Source of the DNA: Gordius albopunctatus
Taxonomy: Eukaryota
NCBI GenBank assembly: GCA_964276515.1
Contig: OZ193909.1
Coordinates: forward strand, 19,096,001 to 19,160,000
DNA: 64,000 bases
Direction: 5' to 3'
The translations under genes were made by a program, and so were the position numbers. Within the stretch, counting starts at the first letter, position 1. Each line of letters begins with the position of its first letter. Of this stretch, positions 51,801 to 64,000 are shown piece by piece. The notes under the pieces are model-generated. The model saw only the letters and a list, made by a program, of their open reading frames with translations. It ran no database searches and had not been told where the DNA came from.

Positions 51801-53082
51801 CGTTATTAAATATTTTGCATAGAGGACACCCTGGGATTCACCCAATGAAATCTATTAGTAGATATTATGTTTACTGGCCAGGTTTGGACGTAGACATTAG
51901 TAAATTTATTGCGAATTGTGGTAATTGTCAAAGGAACCGCATAAATATTCCTGAAGTTTCATTATATCCGTGGAACGTAACGAACACGCCTTGGGAACGA
52001 TTACATATAGATCTAGCAGGACCGATGGACTCCTACTACTGGTTTGTCGGTATTGACTCTTATTCAAAGTGGATTGAAGTGGAACTCCTTAGGAATACAT
52101 ATTCTAAAATATTGATAAAAAAACTAATAGGATGGTTTGCTCGATTTGGTGTTCCACGTCAAATAGTCAGCGATAATGGACCTCAGTTTACTTCCGTGGA
52201 GTTTAGGCAATTCTGCAAGAATTATAATATAGTGCATATTCTGACCTCTCCGTACCATCCCAAGACGAATGGTTGTGCAGAGAGATGTATTAGAACACTA
52301 AAAAGCCGTTACTTGGCCACCAGAGAAGACATCAACGATCCGGAGGAGTGTATGAATAAAATTTTATGAACATACAGGGTTTGTGAACATAACTCAACAG
52401 GTAGGTCGCCATCCAAGATGCTTTTCGGACGGATGAATCGGACAATGCTTGATTGGTCCAGACCAAGTCCCCAAACCATTATGGAACACAAAATTAAAAA
52501 ACAAGCCTTTCACCACGATATGACGACACGTCCACGAAACTTGGAAATGAATGAATTAGTTTGGGTAAAAAATGAATTGGCACCAGGATGGCGGGAAGGA
52601 AAAGTACTCGCTAGGAATGGGTTACTGTCCTATATCGTTGAAAGTAACAATAAAGTCGTGCGCAAACATGCGGATCAATTGAGAAAAAGAGAAGAGGAGG
52701 TAGTTGAAGAGAAAAATTCGGCTTGCCCGGTTGTAAATGATGCATCATTTGAAGAGGAGGAGGTAGTTTATGATCAAGAGATATCAAGACCATAACCTGG
52801 AGAGTCAATACGGGAAGAACTATTGCCAGTAGATATTAACATACCGGAAGATAAGGATGATGGAAACTTAAGAAGAGGAAATAGACCAAGGAAGCCACCG
52901 CGGAGATTAATTGAAGAGATTTAAAGCTGGTGAAACGGGGAGAGATGTAACGATTGTGTTATGTAACAAAAATGTATGATGTAACATTTGTGTTTTGTAA
53001 CGAAATGTAATTTTGTGGTTATGAAATTTCCTGTCATCGAATCGCGTATTTTCAAATTCGAATAAACTATCATATCGCTATA
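48803..53082 (+). mobile_element. Near full-length Mag-type Gypsy LTR retrotransposon
   Basis: 137-bp LTRs at 48803-48939 and 52946-53082 (1 mismatch), 5-bp TSD ATGTT, PBS TGGCGACGAGG at 48942, PPT GGGGAGAGA before the 3' LTR. Confidence 0.97.
48953..52924 (+). pseudogene. Gypsy gag-pol (two Cys/His knuckles, protease, RT, RNase H, integrase) with disruptions
   Basis: CFRCGRSH...C and CYNCNKMGHFSRAC, YDTGA, YLDD, CDAS...TDHKPL, H...HPG...CGNC, HIDLAGP, SDNGPQF, NGCAER. Frame breaks near 49115 and 50100, stop at 52367-52369. Confidence 0.93.
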
Positions 53083-53214
53083 ATGTTGATATTTTTTCTT
53101 ATCCGCATATTGTGAATTATTTACATGTTGAACATTATACAGAGCCTTGCAAAAATATATCAATTCAATTGTTGCTAGTACTAATCTTATTGCTTTTATT
53201 ACATGCTTTATTGT

Positions 53215-55560
53215 TCATACTTTTATATAATTACTTATACTATCTAAAAATTTATAACAATCAATTTCATTATTTTTATAAAGAGTTTGTAGGCGTATCA
53301 CTTTTTTAGCCTTTGTTTCCATTTTCCTTTTAACTTTAAACAATATATTTCCATTGTGGATTTGTATTATTTTTGTTTCAGTATTCTTCTGATATTCCTT
53401 TATCATTTGTACAAAACTATAGATATTAGGATGTGGTTGTTTCACTATCTTTTTTAAGGCACTGTGATAAACTTCCAAGTGGTTGTTGGTGGTTATGCCA
53501 GGGGTTTCATATTTCTCCCACAAACAATATGGAAATTTTGCACTGTCATCTACCCAAACATCATTTACATATCTTAAAAACCTTTTAATGTTAGTATTAT
53601 TGAGATTTCTAGAGGCAGCCCTACATTGGTCAAACACTAAGTCCACATCCATTTTTTTAAGAAAAGAGAAATTGCAAATTTGTTTTATAATTGTACGAAT
53701 TGTTTAATCTTTAATATACTCTCTAGTAAGACCCAATTTCTTAGATTTTCAAATTATTGCTTGTGAAAAATGGAAATAGCAACCTTAAAAGATACAATTT
53801 ACATAATGCATGATTTTTACCTTGAATTGTAATGTCTGGGAATACTGTTTTTAGGGCTTTAATGGAAGCCATCTCAAAGTCAACCTGCCAAAAGCTAGGA
53901 TTGAATGTAGACCCTATATAGCTGCACACTGTTTTCAGACTTTTAAAAAATTGAACATATGTCTTTGAAAATTTATCTGGAAGGATACCATAAACTATTG
54001 GTATCATATGGTTTTTATACAAAATATGAAGAGTGTAGATCTAAAATTAATATGTGTTGTTTTAGTTAGGTACTTGATAAAAAAGGTTAGGAGTTATATA
54101 AAATGTGCCATCAGAGTAAATCTTTTTAGCATCACACATAATTTTAAAAAAATGTGGTGTTCCAAATATAAACAGTCTATTCTCTATATTCTCCAATAAG
54201 AATGGAGTTCTATCCTCGAGATAGTGGCAATCCCGGGGAAGTATAATCTCGTCGCTTGTTCTAGGCACTTTTGGCCTGTTTTTGTGGGCAATCCGATTCA
54301 TGGTTCGGTTTATGGATTTTAAAGATGGTAGGGCATGGGGGTATTGCCATATATCTTCAACTTCTTCGAGTCTCTGATAGATTATATCATTATATACTTT
54401 TTTAGGGTTAATGAGTTCATGTAGCAAAAATATATAATTAATTTGGTTATAGGTTGCATTGGATTATTATCCATTGCCTCCTTTATAAAGTATCTGGTTT
54501 ATTAGGTAACATATAAGAACCAAGTGACCATTGTAATTATAATAACACGTTTAAATAGACATTCGATTTACAACCAATTATCAATCAATTAACGTTGCGT
54601 TTCAATTCGAACGCTCGAGGTCATGCCAATTAGGTAGATAGTATTTGCATACATTACATCCTTCAATTTACTTTTTGTTACAAGATATTGATACCCATCA
54701 GTATCCGGTTCATGGTTATGATGTTTCTTTATTTTGGCAACATTGTTCAAATATATAAGTCTGCAAGGACATTTAGAATGTCTGCATCGATAGTATGTGC
54801 AAATCTTTGTAGTTTTGTCAACTACATAAACTGTTCAGAACTAAAATATTTTTCCCTTTTTGGGATGGCAAGAATGTTATATCTAATATATATTATAGGC
54901 ATCTGAAATAAGAAATATACTTTGTGGATTAAAATTTGCTGGAGTAAGGGCCTGTTCCATAACATTTAGGGCATTATTGTTAGAATCTATTTACAATAAA
55001 TTTAATAGTTAATAGTAACTAACAGTTAATGTCTATGATAATAAATCATGTGACATTAGCATTACTTGGTATTATATCATCCACTGAGTTTAATAAAATT
55101 GCATCTTGACTAGAATCTTAAAAAAATCTCAAAAAATTATAGACATATCTTACTTTCTTGATTTTCTATGGGTGTAGAGATATTTTCTATAACCATAACA
55201 CTTACTGTTTTTTCATTCAAAGCTAAATTTGTATTAAAAAACTTTTAAGTTTCTTACTTTGGAGATTGTTTTTGAATACAATTTTGGGAATGTTAGATGT
55301 TATCATGAAATTATTATATCTAAGGACAGATCTTCCTGGGCAATTACATATACTGTAGTGCCTGCACTTATAGTATACTTGTCCCATCTTACCTGCTCTG
55401 ATCTTGATATAGTCAAACTTTTTGAAAGTGACTATATCATTTTTTTTTATAGATTTTTTAAAACCTATAACAATATGTGTATACTTGCATAATAAAGCTT
55501 ACTTATATTCTCTTTGTTATCTTGATTTGCAATAGTTAAAGAGTTTTCCAAATTTTTCAT
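53215..55560 (-). pseudogene. Intron-containing MULE transposase, disrupted
   Basis: YSDGTF (D1), IPIVYGILPDK, QVDFEMA (D2), IQGCYFHFSQA (CxxH), TNNHLEVYH (E). Upstream KHHNHEP zinc-finger-like motif. Introns at 54041-54073 and 53784-53820. Stops near 53750 and 53705. 5' limit approximate. Confidence 0.88.
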
Positions 55561-55831
55561 ATGTTGAAATTGGCGGAAAAACGTAGTTTCGAAATTCAAT
55601 ATTATGCGTTTTCGGGATTATGCGGGGGAACCAGTGCTTTTATATAAATTATAACGTTATTTAACCAAAATACAACTAAACAAATATACTTAACTTTAGG
55701 AATCAGGTGTAATTAAACTTACAAGATATCCAAATAATTAAAGATTCCATTGCTTTTTTCTTAATAAAAAATCTAGCCTATTTTTGTAATGTGTATAAGC
55801 GTGATCTGGCTTAGTTTAAGGGATTGTGTTG

Positions 55832-57083
55832 GAGATGTCATATTTTCCCAAATGCAAGCCTTTGGGAAATTTCCAAGGGAAAATAAGGAAATTTATGGGA
55901 AAATAAGGGAAATTTTGAAATAGAACTATGCAGGGTGAATCAACAACTCAAAAAAGACACAAACACTTAAAACAACACATTTAACATCGATTTCAAAAAG
56001 ATTTATTAAAAAATTTATAACAAACGATTACATTATTTATATAATAAGTGAATCTAAAAAGTTTATGTTATTTATGTATATAAACAGATTAAAATTATTC
56101 AGTATCTGATGTAATTTCTTCTAAATCTTCATCTATGGAATCCGAAGATGATATTGCACTATAATCCGGTTCCGGTGTGCTTATTCGATTGATAAGGTGT
56201 AAATTGTGTCTTATGGATGGCCACAATTTTGCGTATTTTATCATTTGCTAATTTGTTCCTTAGTTTGGTGTGTACGTTGCCAAAAGTCGACCATATTCTT
56301 TCTGAAGCAGCACTTGAAGGTGGCAATGAGAATAATCTGATTGCAAGCGGACGGATCGCCTGATTTAGGCACATCCCTCTCCACCATACTAATGGGGTCG
56401 TGTAATCAACACTAGCCCAAATCGCTGCCTTTCCCCATATTCCTTATTTTGATCAAAATTCTGCTAAATTCGCCATCACCTTTCCAAATTGAAGTTCCAT
56501 ATTGCCACACAAGCGAGAAATACATTTTAAAGCTTTGGCCACTTGCTTGTCACACAAATTTTTCCCACAAAAACGTGGATCGAGCATATAGGCGGCCAAA
56601 TGTAAGTCCTTACAAAAAAATCTCCCTTTTTAAAATTAAATTAGTGATATTATTTCTCTTGTACCAGGATATGCCTTCATTCAATGATGTATGTATTTTT
56701 GAAAAAGCCTCCACGACATCAGACAGAAAAGCTCTGTCCCCCTCTACTTGCAGAATTTTTGGATAAAGAATGCGATACATACATACACTTTACTTTATAT
56801 ATATATAGATTACACACTAAGCTTATGTTAAATTTATTTATGCTTGTTTTTAATTCTTTGAAAGTATATGGTAATCCTTAATTATTGTTAATAAATTGAA
56901 TGCTAAATGGCTGTTTCTGTGATTTTATTTATCTATATCGTTAATTTACCTTTTACTGGACTCTTGAATTTTTTGCCATAATTTCCCGTTACTTCCCTTT
57001 TCCCCCAATTCTTTATTATTTCCAGTTGTTTCCCTGAAAAATCTCCTTAACACTTGCGTTGTGGAAAATATGAGATTTCTAAT
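55832..57083 (-). mobile_element. Deleted hAT transposon
   Basis: HLAAYMLDPRF and dimerisation domain LAIRLFSLPPSSAASERIWSTFGNVHTKLRNKL. Imperfect inverted ends (TCATATTTTCC...GCAAG) with GGGAAA sub-terminal repeats. Confidence 0.85.
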
Positions 57084-58040
57084 TGTCTTCTCCAAAAAAG
57101 AGTATTATTTTAAAAATTGTATTTGCCCTATGTCACTGTCGTATCCACGGGATCTAAGGTTTGGGGTGGTGTTAACCATTAAGATTAATGGGTTTGTTTA
57201 AAGTTTGGAATGTTCGAGTTGTGTTTGGCAAATAAGTTTGGATAAGTTTGAAATGAGGCCGCGTTTACTTTAATAGCTATTCCAGTTCAGGATAGGTAAG
57301 GATAACAGATGAAGAAAAATATCAGCAATCGGTCTCAGATATTTAAAAAGCAGGAGGAAAGGGTAATAAAAAGGGAAAGCCGAGGCCAATATAGAATAGG
57401 AAAGTAGGGCAATAACCTCGAGGGGGAAAATAGAAATATATACTTTACTTTCCTTTTACTTTACTTTTTATTCTCCCCAAAAAGCTACCTCACCTTCCCC
57501 CGATTTATGGTTAAGTTGTCCTCACTCTTCCCAATTTGATTCTACTTCCTCTTATACATTCACGCATCAAAAGTGTTGCAAAAAACGACCGCCAGTTTGA
57601 TAAGTGAAGTAGAGTTTGTATAGCGATGGATTGTATTGGACAATCGTTAACCTCATAACATGAAACAACCCATTTTAATCATTATAGCGATTGGCCAAAA
57701 TTCATGTTTCACTTTTCAAGATGAATGCCAAAATGTGGAACACCTTTTAAAATGGAATGAGCAGTCTATGCCCTAAATGATTACTCCCCCCCCCGACAAA
57801 ACCCAAAACTGTCCAAAACCCCCCACGACAATCATATATTTTTCCACGTTATTTTTCCCACTTCGTCGTAATAATCTGATAACCCCGTAAACCCTTTCCC
57901 CTTGAGTTGTACCAGCTTATCCCCTATAGCCTTACGAACCGCTCCTCCAACACGCTGATTATACCCCTTAAACCCCACGCACCGACAATAAAACCCCAAA
58001 AACACTGTCCCGCGCCGAGATATTTCGTGACATATATTCA

Positions 58041-58831
58041 TCTTATATATAAAAATGAAACTATGTATGTATGTGTGGGGGCATTTAAAAAAAACAAATT
58101 TCTCGACTATCCAAAAATTTTCCTGAGAGCAAAAAAAAGAGGTCTTCGACTACTAAATTCCTAAATTTTTCCTGAGACCCGCAGGGGGTAGCCGCCCTCC
58201 CCTGACTAATTAGGGGGAGGGGCAGCCACCCTTTCTGCCCTTCCCTGGCTAATTAGGTGGGGGGGGGCAAAACATAAGTTTTAAGGGTTTTTGTATTGAA
58301 AATTTTTCCTGGGTACGCCCATGAATCAAAGTCATTTTTTTGCTTATTTTTCACGTCAATTATTATTATTATAGGACGGTCATGTCTCCTCCTACGTGGC
58401 TAAATAAATTTAAAAATCTAATTTTGTCATTTTTTGCGCGTTAAATAAGGAGAAAAATGAAAATAGGATTAACAAAGTGCCAATAAATGTTGATATATCT
58501 CAGTTCTTCGGACATTATTAAGTCCAGAATTAAAAGTTTTATTCAGAAACAAATAATTATGATATTGTTTCTTAATTACAAAAAAATAAAAAAAAATTGC
58601 TTGAAGGGCCAGAGGGCCAAAGATTTTTCCCTTGGGGGGGGGCTATGGGGCCAGGTTTTCTCTCTTGGGTGGGCCTGGGCCTTGGTCCCTCTTTAACTAT
58701 TTGTTTAAAAATTATCAACCTTTATTTTTACCTTAATAACCGCTTTATCATCATATATGCCCTAAAATTCCAACATAATTTAATACACCCTCCGGGTAAA
58801 TGGCAAAACAACGTTTGCCGGGTTCATCTAC
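58041..58831 (+). mobile_element. Non-autonomous Helitron (internally deleted relative of 16114-17249)
   Basis: Same A|TCTTATATATAAAAATGAAACTATG 5' end and same hairpin. End is CTAC|T. Confidence 0.88.
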
Positions 58832-59693
58832 TATCTTTATACGTGAATAAAATTCTTGAACGTGCCTATTGTCACCCCGAATATAACGGTCAAAGGCCCT
58901 AACGCAACACCAGACCCTGATATAACAACCCCCACTAAACAGTGACTTCACATAACCGAACGTAACAGTTGGCCACGACTTTTTCCAAAACACAAAATTC
59001 ACGAAATGGTATAAACTTTTTAAACCAATTTTTAGCTATTTTAGTATTATGAATTATTTATAAACTTGTATAATCTATGGGAAAATTGCGAAAGCGGTAT
59101 TCTCTATTTTTAATTATTTCGTTAATTTGATGTCTATTAATCTTAGTTGAATGCCAAACTTGTCAGGTAAATTTAATTATATAAATAATTCGGCTAAAAA
59201 ATAAAAGGGTCTTCAAGGTTTTAACCATACATATTTTAACTATTATTGAATTTTAAATATAAAACGGTAAAATAGTTAATAAATCTCGTAAAATTTTCCC
59301 CCCGTTCGCACACGCTTAGGTTTATAATACTTTTTTAAGTTGATACAGAAAAATCTTTAAATTATTATGGCCAAATATAACTCTATATTGTTTGCGAACT
59401 ACCGCAGAGGAATATCTTAATGTGCCTAGAATATAAAAGTTTTATTGCCACATGTAATACATTGTATATGTTTAAATGCATTCACCTCTTAATATTGTCT
59501 TAATTCGACTTAACGAACTATAATAAAAAAATATGCAGCTTTCTTCTTGAGCCACGGGCAAGATGTACGTAATCTTTACCTTTCATTCCATTAAATTTTT
59601 AAATGCTAAGTTTTTTTTATAAATGAATTAATTTGTAAAGTTATGATTTATTAAGGTAATAATAGATCAGCGGAATTTAAACATATTAGTTGA

Positions 59694-62600
59694 TTATATA
59701 TAAAGTGAGCATCTGTCTCTTTTTACGTTGCATTGAAATGCTTCATCAAATTTATCAAAATTGTTCACTTGTCCTAGTACCCTAAATAATAATTGGAAGA
59801 TAAAAAAATTATTCTCATATTTAAGTACCTGTATTTATCATATGGATGAGCGCCTGAAAATCGCTCCATCATCCTTAGATGCGTATAACTACTGCATTGT
59901 GTCTAACATATTATATAAACGACAGCAAATAAATTTCATTTTACTTCAGAATTTGTTAATTATTTTTTCCAAATTCTGAATTAGTAACAATCTAAACAAT
60001 AGTGAGACTAACAACCTTAGCAAGCATGGTAATTATAAAAAGCATTCTTTATATTATCTATAATGATCTGTCAAGATCCCTCAACTGCAGTGGCATCCTA
60101 ATGACAAATTCTTTAGAGTGCTTAGGTAGTGATTAAAAAGCACTTTCCTCGTTACTTATTGTCTAAATCATTTTAATGAATGGGATGTTGGGGATTTAAA
60201 AAGATTAAAAATTATTTAGTGGTACGCTTCAATAACCGTCACACCCTATTTGCAAATTTACCTAATATACACTTCATAATTATGATGAATACTTTTTATC
60301 ATAAAATTTAATGTTTTAACATTTACCTGGGTCATTTTGACAAAAAAGTTTCTACTCTCTTCCCGTGAAACCCTTTTCTGGACATGTTTTAGAGTCTGAA
60401 TAGTGTAAATTATTTTAATAGTAATTATATTTAAAATATGATTTCATTTTCAACATAAAAAAGTTTCATAAGATAAATATATTTATATATTAATAGATTA
60501 CGTAATATGCTAATTTGATTCCTTCCGTATCCGCTAAATTTTCATCCAACGTCATATTTGCGTCTAACTATAATTAAGGATAAATTAGTGAAAAATATTT
60601 TATGATTTTAAAATAAATCGATAGACTAATTATGTACATAAACAGAATTGAGTTATTTTAGGATAACATTCGTCTAATTTCAAAGACATTGTGTTATAAT
60701 TAGAGCTGTTAAAAGTTCCTTTCAAAAAGGAACTTGTCAAGTTCCAGTTCCTTTGCCTAAAATGGAACTAGTTCCAGTTCCTAGGTCCTTATTTGAAAAA
60801 GGAACTAGTTCCAGTTCCTTTTTAAATTTTTCTTAAATTTTCAGGTAATAAATGTTTATTTGAATTTAACAAAATATTATTTTCAAAGTTATCATCTAAA
60901 AGACATGTTCGCTTGTCTCCAAATAAAATTTTGCCCAAGCGAAATAATCTTTCCACAGGGGCACTTGATGGTAATGGTGTATTAAATTTAATAAATAGTT
61001 TTTTTAAATGCGGAAAACTGTCTAAAAGACTTAAATTCTTGGAGAGCATAAAGAGTTATTATTTTGCATCCTTTTGAATAAGCGTAAAAATATTCTCAAA
61101 TAAAGGCCAGGGTATATTTTCAGGTTTAATTATGGTAATGTCACTCTCACTCATATCTAAAATCAAAAGATTATATATTTAATATTTATAAACTTACTAT
61201 TACTAGGAATACGATAAAAATTAAAAGCCAATTAAAGGAAATGAACTTTATATGAATTACCATAAGTCGAAAAATATATTTAATAAACACTACCGTGGAT
61301 AAAATACTAAATAATATTTAAATTATAAATTAATTTTAAAATACACACATACATAGACTTTACTTTATATACATAGATGTAACAAAAGTAAACTTCGCGT
61401 AAAATATATGCGATACTTCAAGGCGCTATATAACCAGCTTTGGAAAAATCTCCTCTCTTCATTAATCAGAGCATTTACTATCGCTTTTATACCTTAAAAA
61501 AGGAGATGGACCTTCAAAAAAATTTCAGATTTTAGTCAAGGGGACAGAAAATTCCCGCTTTCCGCCCCCTTGGCTACGCGCCTGCTTTAGCAAAAATATA
61601 ATAATCGTTTAGTAACATCCATTTTAATTCTTTAATATAAATCTGGCTCTTCAACTTATGGTATAAGGCACTTTTGCGATTGTTTTTTGAAAAACGTGAT
61701 AATATATTTGACAATCTCACAATTCTAAAAAACATGAAATTACTAATATTACCTTCAAATCGCCATAATTGTATTGTTCATAATGCTTCACGTAGCATTT
61801 ACGCTTGTTATATAAAGCTTCTCTTACCTCTTTCTTCAAGCCATTGGATACCTTATCTATCATTTCTAACATTAAGACAATACGCTAAAAATATTGTGTA
61901 AAATATTATTCTACAAATCATTAAATAAATACTAACAAATTTTGACTATAAATTATATCATAGTTTAGTAGGAAAACATATAATATAAAATCGTAAAATA
62001 TAACCTTCAGCAGTTATAAAATGCATCAACTCGTGAGCTAGAGAAGTCCCTACTCCAGCGTAATTGTTTGACCTGAAAAACATTGTAATTTACCATAAGG
62101 CAATTAAGGATATATGAAACTTACAAACTGAAATTAAGTCCAAAATATGGTGGGGAGAGGAGGGCTCCAGGTATAACTATCATTAAAATAAAGTATAATT
62201 AAATATACACAAAAAATGATTGTGTATCATCTAAACTCTAATTTATAATAACTATCCTATTGTATATTTCATGTATCAATTTTACCTAATAAAAGCATTT
62301 TAACATGAAAAAAAAATTTTATAAGACCTATTCATATAGATCAACCATGGCGTGCTGTGATCACATAGTTCTAGATGAATATATTATAGACTTCTCTAAA
62401 TCAATTTTTAATAAAACTCACATGTTATTTATTGATATCAAATTTTAATTACCGATCGTGTTGGTAACAAAATCAGCCAAGCCATCGAACTCATAATCTC
62501 TCATGTCATAGTAATTGTCGAGTGAACTATAATTTAATGACATATTCAACACATTACAATTTTTGTTGGAAATGTTGATAAGTAAAATGTAAATTTACTA

Positions 62601-64000
62601 TATGCTGACAGTGGTTTCGCCCAAACTTTTTAAAAAACGTTTTGCTGCTAGTTTATTTGCTTTGATGTAATCATTTGTAAAGTCGGTGGCGTGAAAATTT
62701 ATCTGAACAGATTGCGAAAGTTCAACTGATTGTTTATTTAGTTTACTTCTCCTCCAATCATATCGAGCAAAGTTCTAGTTTTTTTCAGAGCTTCTGGCAG
62801 ACCAATTACGAAATTTAACGCCTTCAACTAGTTGAGTCCCCAACAAATAAATTATATTTATGGGTTATTTGTGAGTTATGAGTTATAGTTTTATTTTAAT
62901 AAGTTAAAACAATCAGTTTAATCACAAAAATGTAGGATTGAATATACTTCCATGGTTATGTTTTTAGCAAATTTAGCACCCAAACATTTTTTTAAAAATT
63001 TCCTTAACGTTTTTATCATATTCTGCCCCATTTGGTGTACCTGTAAATTTTATTTTTCATATCCTTATAACAAAAACTACTTCTCTGGCTTCTTGATGGT
63101 ATTTTTTAATATTATAATAGAAATAACTCATGGAATGTGGAAGCAGTCTATTGGTTTCTCTTACACAAATTACATCACGCCTTTCTGGAACGTATGACAA
63201 ATACTATTGGACATTAATATGATGCGATTTATCCAATTTGGCAAACATTGGGAACGTATCCATAAGAACGTTGGATATTAAGTAGTAAAAAAGAATCCTA
63301 AAAATTGCAGAATATATTAAAAAAATTATTAGATTTATTACAATTTCTTGTTGTCGTCCGATTTGTATTCGCCCATTATTTTATCCAAGTATATAATATA
63401 TTTTTTTGAATCAACTTCTATAATTTTTTCTTTGGAAAACTTTAAGCCAGCATATTGGTATAGATGTGCCATGTAAGAGCTAATGGACAACTAGAAATTT
63501 AATAATCATATTTTAATAAACTATATTTTGCCAAAATTTTACATTTGTCATTTGCTCATCTAATTGCTCTATTGTGTACCATACTGATTCCGATTTTGTA
63601 TTACTCTAAAATATATATACGTATATAAAACACAAAGTATTAATCCAGTGACATTAAGTTAAACAATATAAATTAATACCAAAACAAGTTTTCCTTCTAA
63701 TTCAATGATGGCATAGGTGTCTACTTTCTTGCCTCCGACATGTTTGATTAGTGTTTTAAGGAAAATTCCATAAAGATTTGTGTAGTTGGTGTTATTGTAA
63801 TAGGATGTAAGTAACAAATTGCATTTTGGTTTGTCAAAAAAAAGTCCAATGCTTGGCATAAATTGTGTTAGGCTGAGTTCAAATAGCCCATTACTCTTGA
63901 TGTAACGGCTTCCCATCTGACCGAGAAACTTTTCAAAAGTAAATTTATCCGATTTGAGCATTGTTAAGATGTTTGCTCTCGTTAATTCATTAGATGCCAA
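59694..64000 (-). CDS. Divergent neprilysin-family (M13) metallopeptidase, 5' part outside window; one in-frame TAG
   Basis: Spliced exons give ILFYYLIS, RDVICVRET, FVIGLP, IPGALLSPPYF, NNYAGVGTSLAHELMHF (HExxH, ~62005-62072), KRKCYVKHY, TLDENLADTEG (ENxAD, ~60502-60567), NFFVKMTQ, HPYDKYRVLG, FDEAFQC...C. TAG at 63204-63206. Confidence 0.85.
60701..61140 (-). mobile_element. hAT transposon 3' fragment in an intron of the M13 gene
   Basis: TIR TAGAGCTGTT, GGAACTAGTTCCAGTTCC repeats, and ORF 60822-61049 FPHLKKLFIKFNTPLPSSAPVERLF. Confidence 0.85.

Larger units (their letters stand above)
48368..55632 (-). mobile_element. Mutator-like element (MULE) containing a Gypsy insertion
   Basis: Imperfect TIRs GGAACCCCGCATATTCCCGAAACCGCA / TGCGTTTTCGGGATTATGCGGGGGAACC, 9-bp TSD AGTGCTTTA/AGTGCTTTT, and an internal MULE transposase. 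Confidence 0.9.

Noticed and set aside
57480..59000. C-rich, LINE-like sequence split by the Helitron
   Set aside because: No diagnostic motif recovered in any frame, so it cannot be classified by eye.

Overview
AT-rich, intron-containing eukaryotic (probably invertebrate) genomic window. It is dominated by nested transposable elements, with four host genes that I spliced by hand. Three are metallopeptidases: a ~206-aa signal-peptide reprolysin (M12B) with no apparent prodomain or ancillary domains (18664-21838, +), a signal-peptide Xaa-Pro aminopeptidase without a GPI tail (32611-41290, -), and a divergent neprilysin (M13) with one in-frame TAG (59694 to beyond 64000, -). The fourth is BCKDHB (43662-47997, -), which has 32-37 bp introns. 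Mobile DNA includes a deleted piggyBac, four CRE-type non-LTR retrotransposon copies (one with an uninterrupted RT+RLE frame and a 42-nt poly(A)), and a DINE-1/HINE-like (Helentron-type) family with internal higher-order tandem arrays. It also includes three non-autonomous Helitrons carrying a captured hAT MITE, a young Mag-type Gypsy inside a Mutator element, two decayed Gypsy copies, an RTE fragment, hAT and Kolobok-like MITEs, and a 37-bp MITE-derived satellite. All calls come from manual reading and motif recall; no searches were run, and boundaries of degraded elements are approximate.
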